Shown here: piece after piece, positions 9,477 to 17,768 of the stretch
Layout: each line of letters opens with the position of its first letter
Position numbering within the stretch: the stretch's first letter is position 1
Translations under genes and position numbers: made by a program
The notes under the pieces: generated by a model
The model's input: only the letters and a program-made list of their open reading frames with translations
Told to the model about the DNA's origin: nothing
The model's database searches: none
Assembly (NCBI GenBank): GCA_964383505.1
Contig: CAYLHB010000002.1
Coordinates: 1 to 61,811, forward strand
Direction of reading: 5' to 3'
Length of the DNA stretch: 61,811 nucleotides
Source: an uncultured Candidatus Saccharibacteria bacterium
Lineage (GTDB): Bacteria; Patescibacteriota; Minisyncoccia; Phycocordibacterales; UBA12088

Positions 9477-9558
9477 GCCGGGGTGGCGGAATTGGTAGAC
9501 GCGCACGACTCAAAATCGTGTAGGGTAACCTGTGGGAGTTCGATTCTCCCTCCCGGCA
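9477..9558 (+). tRNA. tRNA-Leu (anticodon CAA), class II long variable arm, no encoded CCA
   Basis: GCCGGGGTGGCGGAATTGGTAGACGCGCACGACTCAAAATCGTGTAGGGTAACCTGTGGGAGTTCGATTCTCCCTCCCGGCA; anticodon loop CTCAAAA. Confidence 0.9.
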
Positions 9559-9587
9559 CTATTTTAACATAGACCCGTTGCAAGCTT

Positions 9588-10430
9588 ATGGCTGTGCTAC
9601 CGCGCATACTCGTAATTGTAGGCCCAACTGCTAGTGGAAAAACATCGCTCGCCATAGAGTGTGCAAAAAAGTACAACGGGGAAGTAATTTCTGCCGACTC
9701 GCGCCAGGTGTACCGCGGGCTCGACATAGGCACGGAAAAGGTGACACTGCGCGAGATGCGGGGCGTTCCCCACCACTGTCTTGATATCGCCTCGCCGAAG
9801 CGGGCATGCTCGGTCCAACGATGGCGCAGTTGTGCCGAGCGAGCGGTACGAGACATACTACGACGCAACAAGGTGCCCATCGTGGCAGGCGGTTCGTGGT
9901 TTTACGTGGATGCACTGGTTTACGGCACCGAGTACCCCAACGTGCCACCTAACGCCTCACTCCGCCGACAGCTCGCCCGAAAAACACACACTGAGTTGTG
10001 TACACTTCTCGATGAACTCGACCCTGTCCGCGGTGCCTCCATTGAGCGAAGAAACCCACGCCGCCTTATCCGCGCCATAGAAATCGCTACCGCATTGGGA
10101 ACAGTTCCTCCAAAACCCCGTCGTAGCCCTAGGTACGATGTAGAGTGGGTACTGCTCGACCCTCCGGATGAGGTTTTGAGGAAGCGCATAGAAATACGAC
10201 TCGCACGCGCACTTAAACGCGGACTTATTCGTGAGGTGGAACACCTACGTTCCGACGGCATCTCATGGAAACGTCTGCATGAACTTGGGCTCGAATACCG
10301 GGCTGTATCCGCGCACCTCCAGGGAACAACCACGCACCAGGAAATGCGCGAGGAGATGCTCCGAGATCTGCTCCGGTATGCAAAAAAACAATCACGAGAG
10401 TTCAAACTGCTTGTACAAAACTCCGGTTAG
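9588..10430 (+). CDS. miaA: tRNA dimethylallyltransferase MiaA
   Basis: P-loop GPTASGKTS and the ISADSRQVYRGLDIGTEK motif. Confidence 0.9.
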   Translation: MAVLPRILVIVGPTASGKTSLAIECAKKYNGEVISADSRQVYRGLDIGTEKVTLREMRGVPHHCLDIASPKRACSVQRWRSCAERAVRDILRRNKVPIVAGGSWFYVDALVYGTEYPNVPPNASLRRQLARKTHTELCTLLDELDPVRGASIERRNPRRLIRAIEIATALGTVPPKPRRSPRYDVEWVLLDPPDEVLRKRIEIRLARALKRGLIREVEHLRSDGISWKRLHELGLEYRAVSAHLQGTTTHQEMREEMLRDLLRYAKKQSREFKLLVQNSG

Positions 10431-10510
10431 TCATGCAGGTGGGCAACTTGCATTCTTGTTACTTTATAGTACTTTTTCCACAGACGTTTTTCAATTCAGG
10501 GAGGAGCAAA

Positions 10511-11113
10511 GTGCAACTACCACACGCTGAACAGCACCCTTCAGGTTTAGTGCTCATTATTTCAAGCGCATCTTTCGCGGATGTTCGAAAAGGTATGGGC
10601 GGCCTGACCGTGTGCGCACACACAACATTCACACCGATGGTTGATGTTGTGGTCTATGTCGCCGTTATCGCAGAAAGTTCTGCGGTGAGTGTGTTGAGAA
10701 ATGGGGCTAAGTTCACCGAGCTTGTGAGCTGTAAGCCAATGCCAGCAAGTGGCCCAAGCGACTGGTTGACCTATCCCTATGCCACTCTTGGGGCCTCTTT
10801 CAAAACAGGAGTCCTATCGCTACCCATTGGTACTCATACGTTTGAGTCAATCTCGGGGGCATGGAATGTGACAACCAGGCAACAAATGTTTCGGGACCTT
10901 TTCCCAGAACCGTGCCATGCGAGGTTACATCAAATTCGCTTCGATTTCCCAAAAGGAATAAACGACACAGAGCCAGGCGTGACGATAGTGCGCATAGGCG
11001 CACCGAATGATAGGGAACTTTGTTGGGTGGTACTCCACACATACACCGCCGAAGATCCTGGATTTGGGCTCCCTGCGTACGTTCTCACACGTTCCTCACT
11101 CCGTTTTTTGTGA
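10511..11113 (+). CDS. Hypothetical protein
   Basis: The GTG at 10511 is preceded by GGGAGGAG. An ORF is also open from 10433. I recognise no family. Confidence 0.4.
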   Translation: MQLPHAEQHPSGLVLIISSASFADVRKGMGGLTVCAHTTFTPMVDVVVYVAVIAESSAVSVLRNGAKFTELVSCKPMPASGPSDWLTYPYATLGASFKTGVLSLPIGTHTFESISGAWNVTTRQQMFRDLFPEPCHARLHQIRFDFPKGINDTEPGVTIVRIGAPNDRELCWVVLHTYTAEDPGFGLPAYVLTRSSLRFL

Positions 11114-11157
11114 GCAAACATGCACCCAACAGAAGACGGGTGCATGTTTCTTTAGTA

Positions 11158-11373
11158 TTATTCTCCGTCCTTAAGCTCCCGCTCAATCTCCTTAAACTCG
11201 TTCTCCACGTCTTTGAGTCGTTCCTTGAGCGACTTCACGAGCGTTGCGCCCTCTTTAATTTTTTTGAGCCCTTCCTCAACATCAAACTCCTTCTCCTTTT
11301 CAAACCAACGCGCAATATCCTCAAGTCGCTTGAGGTCTCCCTGTATGTTGTGGTCTTTTTTTTCTTCAGTCAT
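11158..11373 (-). CDS. xseB: Exodeoxyribonuclease VII small subunit
   Basis: 71 aa, helical, LKRLEDIARWFEKE...GLKKIKEGATLVKSLKERL. It overlaps the xseA stop by 8 nt. Confidence 0.85.
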   Translation of the reverse strand: MTEEKKDHNIQGDLKRLEDIARWFEKEKEFDVEEGLKKIKEGATLVKSLKERLKDVENEFKEIERELKDGE

Positions 11374-12634
11374 GTGTACGTGAGGTTACTGTGGAAGTGA
11401 TGGTACCATCTGTGACGCGCATACTCAACTCCGCCCCCACGGCTACCTCGCTCACACTGCGTACGAGCGACCTTTCGGAGTAGACAAGAGAGTACCCGCG
11501 CGCGAGTGCACGCGATGGGTCGGAGGCATTCAGTAGCCGCACGAGCGATTCCACCCGCTCCTCCATTCGTTCCAATACCTGAGAGAAGGCGGTGTTTGAC
11601 GCACGATGTGCATCGCGAGCCCTTGTGCCACACTCATCCAGTCGTTCACAAAAACGTCGCAATGCGTCAGTGTACCGTTCGATACCAAAATGTGTGCGAT
11701 GTTGGAGTGAAGCGAGGGCTGATGTGAGTGCACGAGAGCCAAGCGCGACACGATGGGTGTACGCGTCTATGCAACGACTCACCCCCTCGCGCATTGCCCG
11801 CGAGTACTCGGGAAGCGCACGGGTGAGCGGGTCCCACGAGGAGTTGATGACGTGCGCGACCGCTGTGGGTGTAGAAGCACTATAATCGGCCACCAGTGTG
11901 GCAATCGGAGCATCAACATCGTGCCCTATACCTACGAGTGTGGGGACAGGACAGGCAAACAACGCACGACACACCGCCTCGTTGTTGAACCCCTGGAGCG
12001 ACTCAAGCGACCCACCCCCTCGAATGAGCACGAGTACGTCCGGCGGGTTACTCATGCGGTTGAACTGCTCAATCGCAGTGCGAATCTCCTCCGCCGACCC
12101 TGCCCCCTCCACACCCGAGTGGAGAAAGTCTATATGCACGCCTCGTAAAAGAAGGTTTTTGCGTAGGTCTTGGAGCACCACCCCGTCCCTCGATGAGATG
12201 ACGCCGATACGCGTGATAAACGAGGGGATAACCCGCTTTCTCGCAAACAAACCTTCGCTCTTGAGCTTTTCGAGGAGCAACTCGTATGCACGGCGGAGCG
12301 CCCCTTCCCCAATGGGCTCAATGGTTTTCACCCAAAAACCGAAGTTCCCTGTTTTGGGCGAGAGCTTCCCATAACCCGTTACCTTGACCGCCATACCCTC
12401 GTCGAGACTCACCCCTATCCTGCGGTACACCCCCACGTGGAGCCCGCACCGCAAAATACTTTCCGACTCCGCGTCCTTGAGTGAAAAGAACACCCACTCA
12501 CGAAGCACCTTAAGGTCGGTCACCTCCCCTTCGACCGCGACCGAAAGCGGACTTATGAGCTCGTTCACGAGCTCCAGGTACTCCGGAACGGAAAACGTCC
12601 GCTCGGAAATCGCTTCAATTAATGTTTGACTCAT
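11366..12634 (-). CDS. xseA: Exodeoxyribonuclease VII large subunit
   Basis: 422 aa with an N-terminal OB-fold segment (VAVEGEVTDLKV..EWVFFSLKD). Paired with xseB. Confidence 0.85.
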   Translation of the reverse strand: MSQTLIEAISERTFSVPEYLELVNELISPLSVAVEGEVTDLKVLREWVFFSLKDAESESILRCGLHVGVYRRIGVSLDEGMAVKVTGYGKLSPKTGNFGFWVKTIEPIGEGALRRAYELLLEKLKSEGLFARKRVIPSFITRIGVISSRDGVVLQDLRKNLLLRGVHIDFLHSGVEGAGSAEEIRTAIEQFNRMSNPPDVLVLIRGGGSLESLQGFNNEAVCRALFACPVPTLVGIGHDVDAPIATLVADYSASTPTAVAHVINSSWDPLTRALPEYSRAMREGVSRCIDAYTHRVALGSRALTSALASLQHRTHFGIERYTDALRRFCERLDECGTRARDAHRASNTAFSQVLERMEERVESLVRLLNASDPSRALARGYSLVYSERSLVRSVSEVAVGAELSMRVTDGTITSTVTSRTHD

Positions 12635-12857
12635 GGGTTCTGGTGCTTCAGTATAAACTACATATTAGAAAAAGTTATCCCCGCTCGGGAAATAAATGTC
12701 CATGGATACGCTGAAACCCTGATTGTAGTTAGGTTGTTGCCACGACGCAATCTGTGGTTTTTATACGTATAAGCGAGTGAGCGAAATGAGGACATGTGCG
12801 ACCCCACTTATGCCCTGTGCTGGCCGTCTCGGGCTAGAACCGTTTGGGGTACCTTTC

Positions 12858-12985
12858 ATCCTGTCACACCCAAAAAGCTCGCATTTGGCAAAGCCTGTCG
12901 GCCATTACCCGCAAGCATGCTGTACTGCGTACGATGGGCTTCGTCTGTGAGGACGATTATATTTTCACGGTCACAAATACTGGTA
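12858..12985 (-). pseudogene. Fragment of a type I restriction R-subunit gene (DEAH box to motif III)
   Basis: Minus-strand translation [38 protein letters not shown]-stop is almost identical to residues of the intact HsdR encoded at ~25050-25170 ([40 protein letters not shown]). No ORF surrounds it. Confidence 0.85.
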
Positions 12986-12996
12986 GACTAGCCATA

Positions 12997-13030
12997 AACA
13001 ACAAAGCACCCGTCTGGGTGCTTTGTTGTT
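12997..13030 (-). terminator. Hairpin closing the left repeat copy
   Basis: AACAACAAAGCACCC-GTCT-GGGTGCTTTGTTGTT perfect stem. It is the positional equivalent of the hairpin at 38012-38044. Confidence 0.5.
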
Positions 13031-13225
13031 CTGGATACTGCTCTCAGCAGGTATGCAATTACGGAATAGAGTCTGTGAATGACTTTTGGGAAGTTTCGAG
13101 CCCATGACTGGTTCTCAAAACTTCTTGACCGAAACGGCGATTTTAGCCGTCTCAGTAGGTCTCACATGACTGCTGACTGTCACGGTCCAGAACCTGTGCA
13201 GCAAAGCACCGTAAGCATAACATAT
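13028..13225. repeat. Left imperfect direct repeat of the island (putative att region)
   Basis: 13036-13060 TACTGCTCTCAGCAGGTATGCAATT is identical to 38049-38073. Lower-identity similarity continues rightward into a decayed tRNA-Gln T-arm look-alike (GGTCCAGAACCT). Confidence 0.7.
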
Positions 13226-13342
13226 CGCCTCGTCTACCCCTTAAGAGAGCTGTCTCGGTCACAGGGGTCATTTTGTGAAAGATACAAATGAGACACAAAA
13301 CACCCGTCTCGGTCACCGTCTCATTTACAAAGTAGTAGAAAA

Positions 13343-13367
13343 AAGGGGCGACTAGGTCGCCCCTTTC
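13343..13367 (-). terminator. Intrinsic terminator of the nucleotide operon
   Basis: Minus strand has GAAAGGGGCGAC-CTA-GTCGCCCCTTTTTTC overlapping the kinase-like gene stop. Confidence 0.7.
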
Positions 13368-14002
13368 AGGAACTTCGATTGCAGGATTCTCCACCCTGCT
13401 TCGATAGTATCATCGGCATCCATTGCTGAAGTATCGATAATATCGACAGCAGGAAAAAAACGACGAGTAGTCTCAAGCAATTTTCGATCATGTCTCATCA
13501 CGAACTCGGGGTCAGTGAAGGACATAAAGTCGCCAGGTGTGTTTGAACCTGGATGCTTGGCTTCTCGTTCTTGCACCCTCACCTTGCGCACATCGATACT
13601 GGCAGTGAGATAAATCACACTACCGAACCGTGGATGTGCCTCGAAGAGGGCGTCTGCAAGCTCGGGAATTATCGGAGTCTCTCGCATGAGATTGTACGAA
13701 ATCGTCCGGAGCCAGCAACTATCCTGCAAATGAACAACGCCTTCTTCGGGCGGTTTGAACAAGGTGGTGTCGTACAAATGCGAAGCCAGAAACAGCGCAC
13801 CGGTTTCCAGCATGGTGGTATGAGCACCTACTGCATACCGCTTTGCTTTTTTTCCCACAGGGTTTTCACCAAGCAGGTTATTCTTGGCACGCATAACTTT
13901 CCATCCTTGCTCGCGAAGCTTGACAGACAAACCTTCACAGAGAGTTGTTTTGCCTGCCAAATCCAGACCCTCAATGAGGATCATTCGATCTTGGTACTGC
14001 AT
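13352..14002 (-). CDS. P-loop (d)NMP kinase-like protein (thymidylate-kinase-like)
   Basis: MILIEGLDLAGKTTL resembles the Tmk P-loop IEGL(D/E)GAGKTT. 216 aa, with RBS TAGGAGGG upstream. Confidence 0.65.
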   Translation of the reverse strand: MQYQDRMILIEGLDLAGKTTLCEGLSVKLREQGWKVMRAKNNLLGENPVGKKAKRYAVGAHTTMLETGALFLASHLYDTTLFKPPEEGVVHLQDSCWLRTISYNLMRETPIIPELADALFEAHPRFGSVIYLTASIDVRKVRVQEREAKHPGSNTPGDFMSFTDPEFVMRHDRKLLETTRRFFPAVDIIDTSAMDADDTIEAGWRILQSKFLKGAT

Positions 14003-14089
14003 ATACAGTCCCTCCTATGAAGTTGAACTGTTTATGATTATACAACGATATTACCGTGTTTGCAAACAAAGAAAAATTGCTTCCATATC

Positions 14090-15451
14090 GAGTCTGTAAA
14101 ATATTTTGTGTAAATGGATTATCCACCGTACTCTAGGAGTACTATCCATTCACACCCATGAACCACACAACCACGAGCGATCAAAGCATCGCTACCCTTC
14201 TTGGCACCGACGAGTTCAAGGAAAAGGCAAAACAGCTTCGCACCCTCTCGGACGTCACCGCGTTCGCCAAGGAGCTCATAGCTCCAACACTCCAGAAGAT
14301 GCTTGAAGCGGAACTCGACGAGCACTTGGGATACAAGAAGCACGAAGTAGTCGGTCGAGGTACCGGCAACTCACGAAACGGCCACAGTCAAAAGAAGCTC
14401 AAAACCTCGTTCGGTACCGCAGAGCTTGCGGTACCCCGCGACCGCAATAGCACCTTCGAGCCGGTCGTCGTGAAGCGGTACGAGACCGTGGAGAGCGACG
14501 TTGAGGAGCGCATAATCTCGATGTACGCCAAAGGATTGACGACTCGCGACATCGCTACCCACATGCACGACATTTATGGTATCGACGTATCGAGTACCAT
14601 GATTTCAACAATCACCGACAAGGTACTCCCCCTGGTCTCCGAGTGGCAGCATCGACCCCTTGCATCTTGCTACGCACTCGTGTCCCTCGACGGTATCTAC
14701 TTCAAAGTGAGAGATAGTGGCAAGATTGTGAACCGTACCGCGTACATTGTTTTGGGCACCACCCTGGAAGGTGTGCGGGATATCCTGGGTATTTGGGTTG
14801 GGGAGAGCGAGGGTGCAAAGTTTTGGATGCACGTCCTCACCGAGATCAAGAACCGTGGAGTGGATGATATCCTGATTGCATCCATAGACGGACTCACGGG
14901 GTTCACGGACGCGATTCGTGCCGTATTCCCTGAAACTGACGTACAGCAGTGCATTGTCCACCAAGTGCGGAATACCATGAAGTATGTGCCCCACAAACAC
15001 AAGAAAGCGTTCGTGAGCGACCTTCGCTCAATCTACACCGCACCAACCGAGGGAGCTGGGCTCAATGAACTCGAACGGGTGAAGGATGCGTGGCCACAGT
15101 ACGCTGTATACCTTAAGAGCTGGGAGACCAAGTGGGGTGAGCTCTCCGCCTTCTACAAGTATCCGCCCGAAATACGGAAGATCATGTACACCACAAACGG
15201 TATCGAAAGCCTGAACCGCCAGTTCCGGAAGGTCACCAAAACGACGAGTATTTTCCCGCACGAGGAGTCACTTATGAAACTGCTCTGGCTTGCGCAGCGG
15301 GATATTACCCGACACTGGACTATGCAGGTCCGTGACTGGGGCACAATCGTGAGCGCGCTTGCGGTTTTGTATCCAGAGCGGGTGAAGCTTGATTAACGTG
15401 ACGCGCGCGTATGATTATCAACCCCGTTTACACAAAAGTACTTGCACACTC
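14090..15451 (+). mobile_element. IS256-family insertion sequence (1362 bp) with 8-bp target-site duplication
   Basis: Terminal inverted repeats GAGTCTGTAAAATATTTTGTGTAAATGG (left) and GAGTGTGCAAGTACTTTTGTGTAAACGG (right, reverse complement) match at 21/28 positions. It is flanked by TCCATATC at 14082-14089 and 15452-15459. Confidence 0.9.
14158..15396 (+). CDS. IS256-family (mutator-type) transposase
   Basis: 412 aa. LDEHLGYKKHE, GNSRNGHSQKKLKTSFG..L.VPRDRNSTFEP and C-terminal NGIESLNRQFRKVTK are typical of IS256 transposases. Confidence 0.9.
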   Translation: MNHTTTSDQSIATLLGTDEFKEKAKQLRTLSDVTAFAKELIAPTLQKMLEAELDEHLGYKKHEVVGRGTGNSRNGHSQKKLKTSFGTAELAVPRDRNSTFEPVVVKRYETVESDVEERIISMYAKGLTTRDIATHMHDIYGIDVSSTMISTITDKVLPLVSEWQHRPLASCYALVSLDGIYFKVRDSGKIVNRTAYIVLGTTLEGVRDILGIWVGESEGAKFWMHVLTEIKNRGVDDILIASIDGLTGFTDAIRAVFPETDVQQCIVHQVRNTMKYVPHKHKKAFVSDLRSIYTAPTEGAGLNELERVKDAWPQYAVYLKSWETKWGELSAFYKYPPEIRKIMYTTNGIESLNRQFRKVTKTTSIFPHEESLMKLLWLAQRDITRHWTMQVRDWGTIVSALAVLYPERVKLD

Positions 15452-16074
15452 TCCATATCCCCTATCCCATTTAGCCTGAGTTGTTCAGATGAGACGACTA
15501 GGTTGAAAGAAAATTCTTTTAATGCCGCTTCAGGTTTAATTTCGAGATACGAATCGTCTATCCACCATTTCACTTTAGGGAGCCTGAATCGATCAAGAGC
15601 GTCTGCGGCTCTTAAATATTTAGACAATGGCCTCGTATCCTTTAAGATCAGAAGTATCTGGTTCAAAAGCGGATGTTGAGCGAAATGTTCCAAAAGCCAA
15701 GTGATTGCTCTATCCTCGTGACCTTCGTCGCCTTTGTCATCCATACGCTGTGTGTCATGAACAGAACAGGCTATTAATAGAGCTTCCCTATCTCTGTCAT
15801 TAATCAATCCTCTAGTCAGAAGGGTGGCATAAACCATTACTCTCACTGTGTGCGCAATTCCATGAATAGACGACACGATCTTAGGATTAACATACCAGTC
15901 TGGTTTCGGTGATAAATCCTGAATCAAAGAAACCTCTCCGGCAGTTAAATAATAGTTGGTATGAAGCATCCGATATTCAGGTTTATTCTCTTTAATTCTA
16001 TCAAGAGTCTCTTGATCCATATTCTGAATATCAGGTTGTAACCTTTCTTGAGCTAATGACCAGAGACTTGTCAT
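15418..16074 (-). CDS. HD-domain phosphohydrolase-like protein, native C-terminus displaced by the IS
   Basis: HGIAHTVRV ... CSVHDTQRMDD gives an H...HD pattern. The last 10 codons (SVQVLLCKRG) are read from the IS terminal repeat. Confidence 0.6.
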   Translation of the reverse strand: MTSLWSLAQERLQPDIQNMDQETLDRIKENKPEYRMLHTNYYLTAGEVSLIQDLSPKPDWYVNPKIVSSIHGIAHTVRVMVYATLLTRGLINDRDREALLIACSVHDTQRMDDKGDEGHEDRAITWLLEHFAQHPLLNQILLILKDTRPLSKYLRAADALDRFRLPKVKWWIDDSYLEIKPEAALKEFSFNLVVSSEQLRLNGIGDMESVQVLLCKRG

Positions 16075-16652
16075 AATGATTTTAATTCATACAAATCCTT
16101 ACTGTACAAGATAAGTGAACCGACTTGATGAACATATGAACCTGCACTTACCCCGAGTTTAGATCCTACATATTTTTGCAAAGCAATCCCAAAACACACA
16201 TCTACTGGCAGTAGTTTTAGTAATTCATTTGAGCGCATGTGAACCACCGTAAACAGTTTGTCACTATTAATGTAAAAATGAATGCCAACCAAACAAGGAA
16301 CTTCGCCAGAGGCTCCAAAAATATAATTATTATCCCAAAGACTTAGATATGCCTTTTTACTATTCGGGTCATTCTGTAAACACTCAATGATACTTGAAAT
16401 TTCATTCTGCTTAATGATTTGATTGTAGTGCGATGTTTCAATATTAAAAACATCATCCTTTTCAGCATGAGAAAACGCTAACCCATCATATAAAATAGGG
16501 TTTTGAAAAGACTCAGGATGCAATATCTCAAAGTGTGCTGACTCTTGAAATATATGTTTACCTTGAGGATTATTTTCGCCTTTTAAATGCTCTTGGACTT
16601 GCTTAATACATGCAAGGTAAAGCTCATCAACTGATTCTGCTTTTATATTCAT
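16071..16652 (-). CDS. Minimal thymidylate-synthase-fold protein (193 aa)
   Basis: It aligns by eye to the ThyA core: LQNDPNSKKAYLSLW (LKNDPDSRR..SAW), VPCLVGIHFY (APCHAFFQFY, catalytic Cys), and HMRSNELLKLLPVDV (YQRSCDVFLGLPFNI). It lacks the ThyA LLWFL folate helix, and GGDTHLY is replaced by VGSLILY. Confidence 0.65.
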   Translation of the reverse strand: MNIKAESVDELYLACIKQVQEHLKGENNPQGKHIFQESAHFEILHPESFQNPILYDGLAFSHAEKDDVFNIETSHYNQIIKQNEISSIIECLQNDPNSKKAYLSLWDNNYIFGASGEVPCLVGIHFYINSDKLFTVVHMRSNELLKLLPVDVCFGIALQKYVGSKLGVSAGSYVHQVGSLILYSKDLYELKSL

Positions 16653-16658
16653 ATAATC

Positions 16659-17765
16659 CTATTTTACACGCAACACAGACTGAGCATTAGGTATTAAGAG
16701 TGGTACAATTTTTACGTCAACAGTATCGCCCACATCAACAACTCCGTTTATAAACGTCGCCCTATAGACATCTACTTCGTTATTAAACATAATTCCCATC
16801 TCACCCTTTGGGATTGTATCGTACTGGAGTAAAACTACACCTTCTTTATCACTCAACATAGAATCCACACCTATTTGCTCGATACCACTACGTAAATCTG
16901 CAGGGGAGTTTTTCAACATTAATCGACCTAATATTGCGTTTGGTTTATATTTCAAATCACTTAAATAGAATCGAATTCGAGCACACATAAACAAAGTAAA
17001 GTCATCAGAATTAAAAGTAGACATTATCTGACGTTGTTCTCTCAAATTAGATATGTGAATGGTCGTATCAGTAACAAAATGTGTAGTACTGAATGAAGTT
17101 TTTAGCTTTGGGGTAACGTCGAATAAGTAATTTTTAACCGCTTTTGCATACACTTCACCTTTCACCGCATAATCTAGCGATACTTTTGAATCCTGTTTTA
17201 TATAGAGGTATTCGTTTAGGCTCTCAAAATAAACATGCTTCAGTGCTGAAAACTTTGTAAAAAAGGTAACTATCTCGTTTAGGAAAAGGTCTCGCTTAAG
17301 GTCTATGAGGCTATCAATATCAGATAATGCTTGTCTATATAAATTCAAAACTTCTGGGGTACTTTCCGTGTCAGTATAGTATTCGCTCTCAAAGATATAA
17401 TTTATCTTTCCTTGGATTAATGAATTTCTGTACTGCATTTCTGACATTTCAAAAACCAAACACTCAACCTTGTTGGTGTTTGATGATTGAGGTATTTCCA
17501 CGTCAAAAATATATTGCCCTAGGTTATGTACACGGCCATCTGAATGCACAGGAGTAACGTATACGACACCGAACAAACCGCCTCCACTGACGTTTATTCT
17601 TCCAGATTCCAAAATGGATTTTATATTCGGAGAGAAGTGTACAAATCTAAATGTATTATCAGAATTTTTCCAACTTAATTCACTATCATTAAAACCCTTA
17701 CTTTTAAGCTCATCCAATAAGTATTTATTCCAACCTTCGCGAGATGTAAGTTTGTCATAATTCAT
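16659..17765 (-). CDS. Hypothetical protein (368 aa); weak H-Y-E ADP-ribosyltransferase-like N-terminal motif pattern
   Basis: FVHFSPNIKSILESGRI ... GGGLFGVVYVTP ... YIFDVEIP resembles the H-x-(S/T) / aromatic-Y / E arrangement of DarT/Tpt1-type folds. This is motif-level only. Confidence 0.5.
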   Translation of the reverse strand: MNYDKLTSREGWNKYLLDELKSKGFNDSELSWKNSDNTFRFVHFSPNIKSILESGRINVSGGGLFGVVYVTPVHSDGRVHNLGQYIFDVEIPQSSNTNKVECLVFEMSEMQYRNSLIQGKINYIFESEYYTDTESTPEVLNLYRQALSDIDSLIDLKRDLFLNEIVTFFTKFSALKHVYFESLNEYLYIKQDSKVSLDYAVKGEVYAKAVKNYLFDVTPKLKTSFSTTHFVTDTTIHISNLREQRQIMSTFNSDDFTLFMCARIRFYLSDLKYKPNAILGRLMLKNSPADLRSGIEQIGVDSMLSDKEGVVLLQYDTIPKGEMGIMFNNEVDVYRATFINGVVDVGDTVDVKIVPLLIPNAQSVLRVK

Positions 17766-17768
17766 AAA

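Noticed and set aside
9374-9880. N-terminal 169-aa extension of the ParB ORF (618-aa version)
   Set aside because: It overlaps tRNA-Leu and the antisense strand of miaA. The ParB homology and a GAGG RBS begin at 9373.
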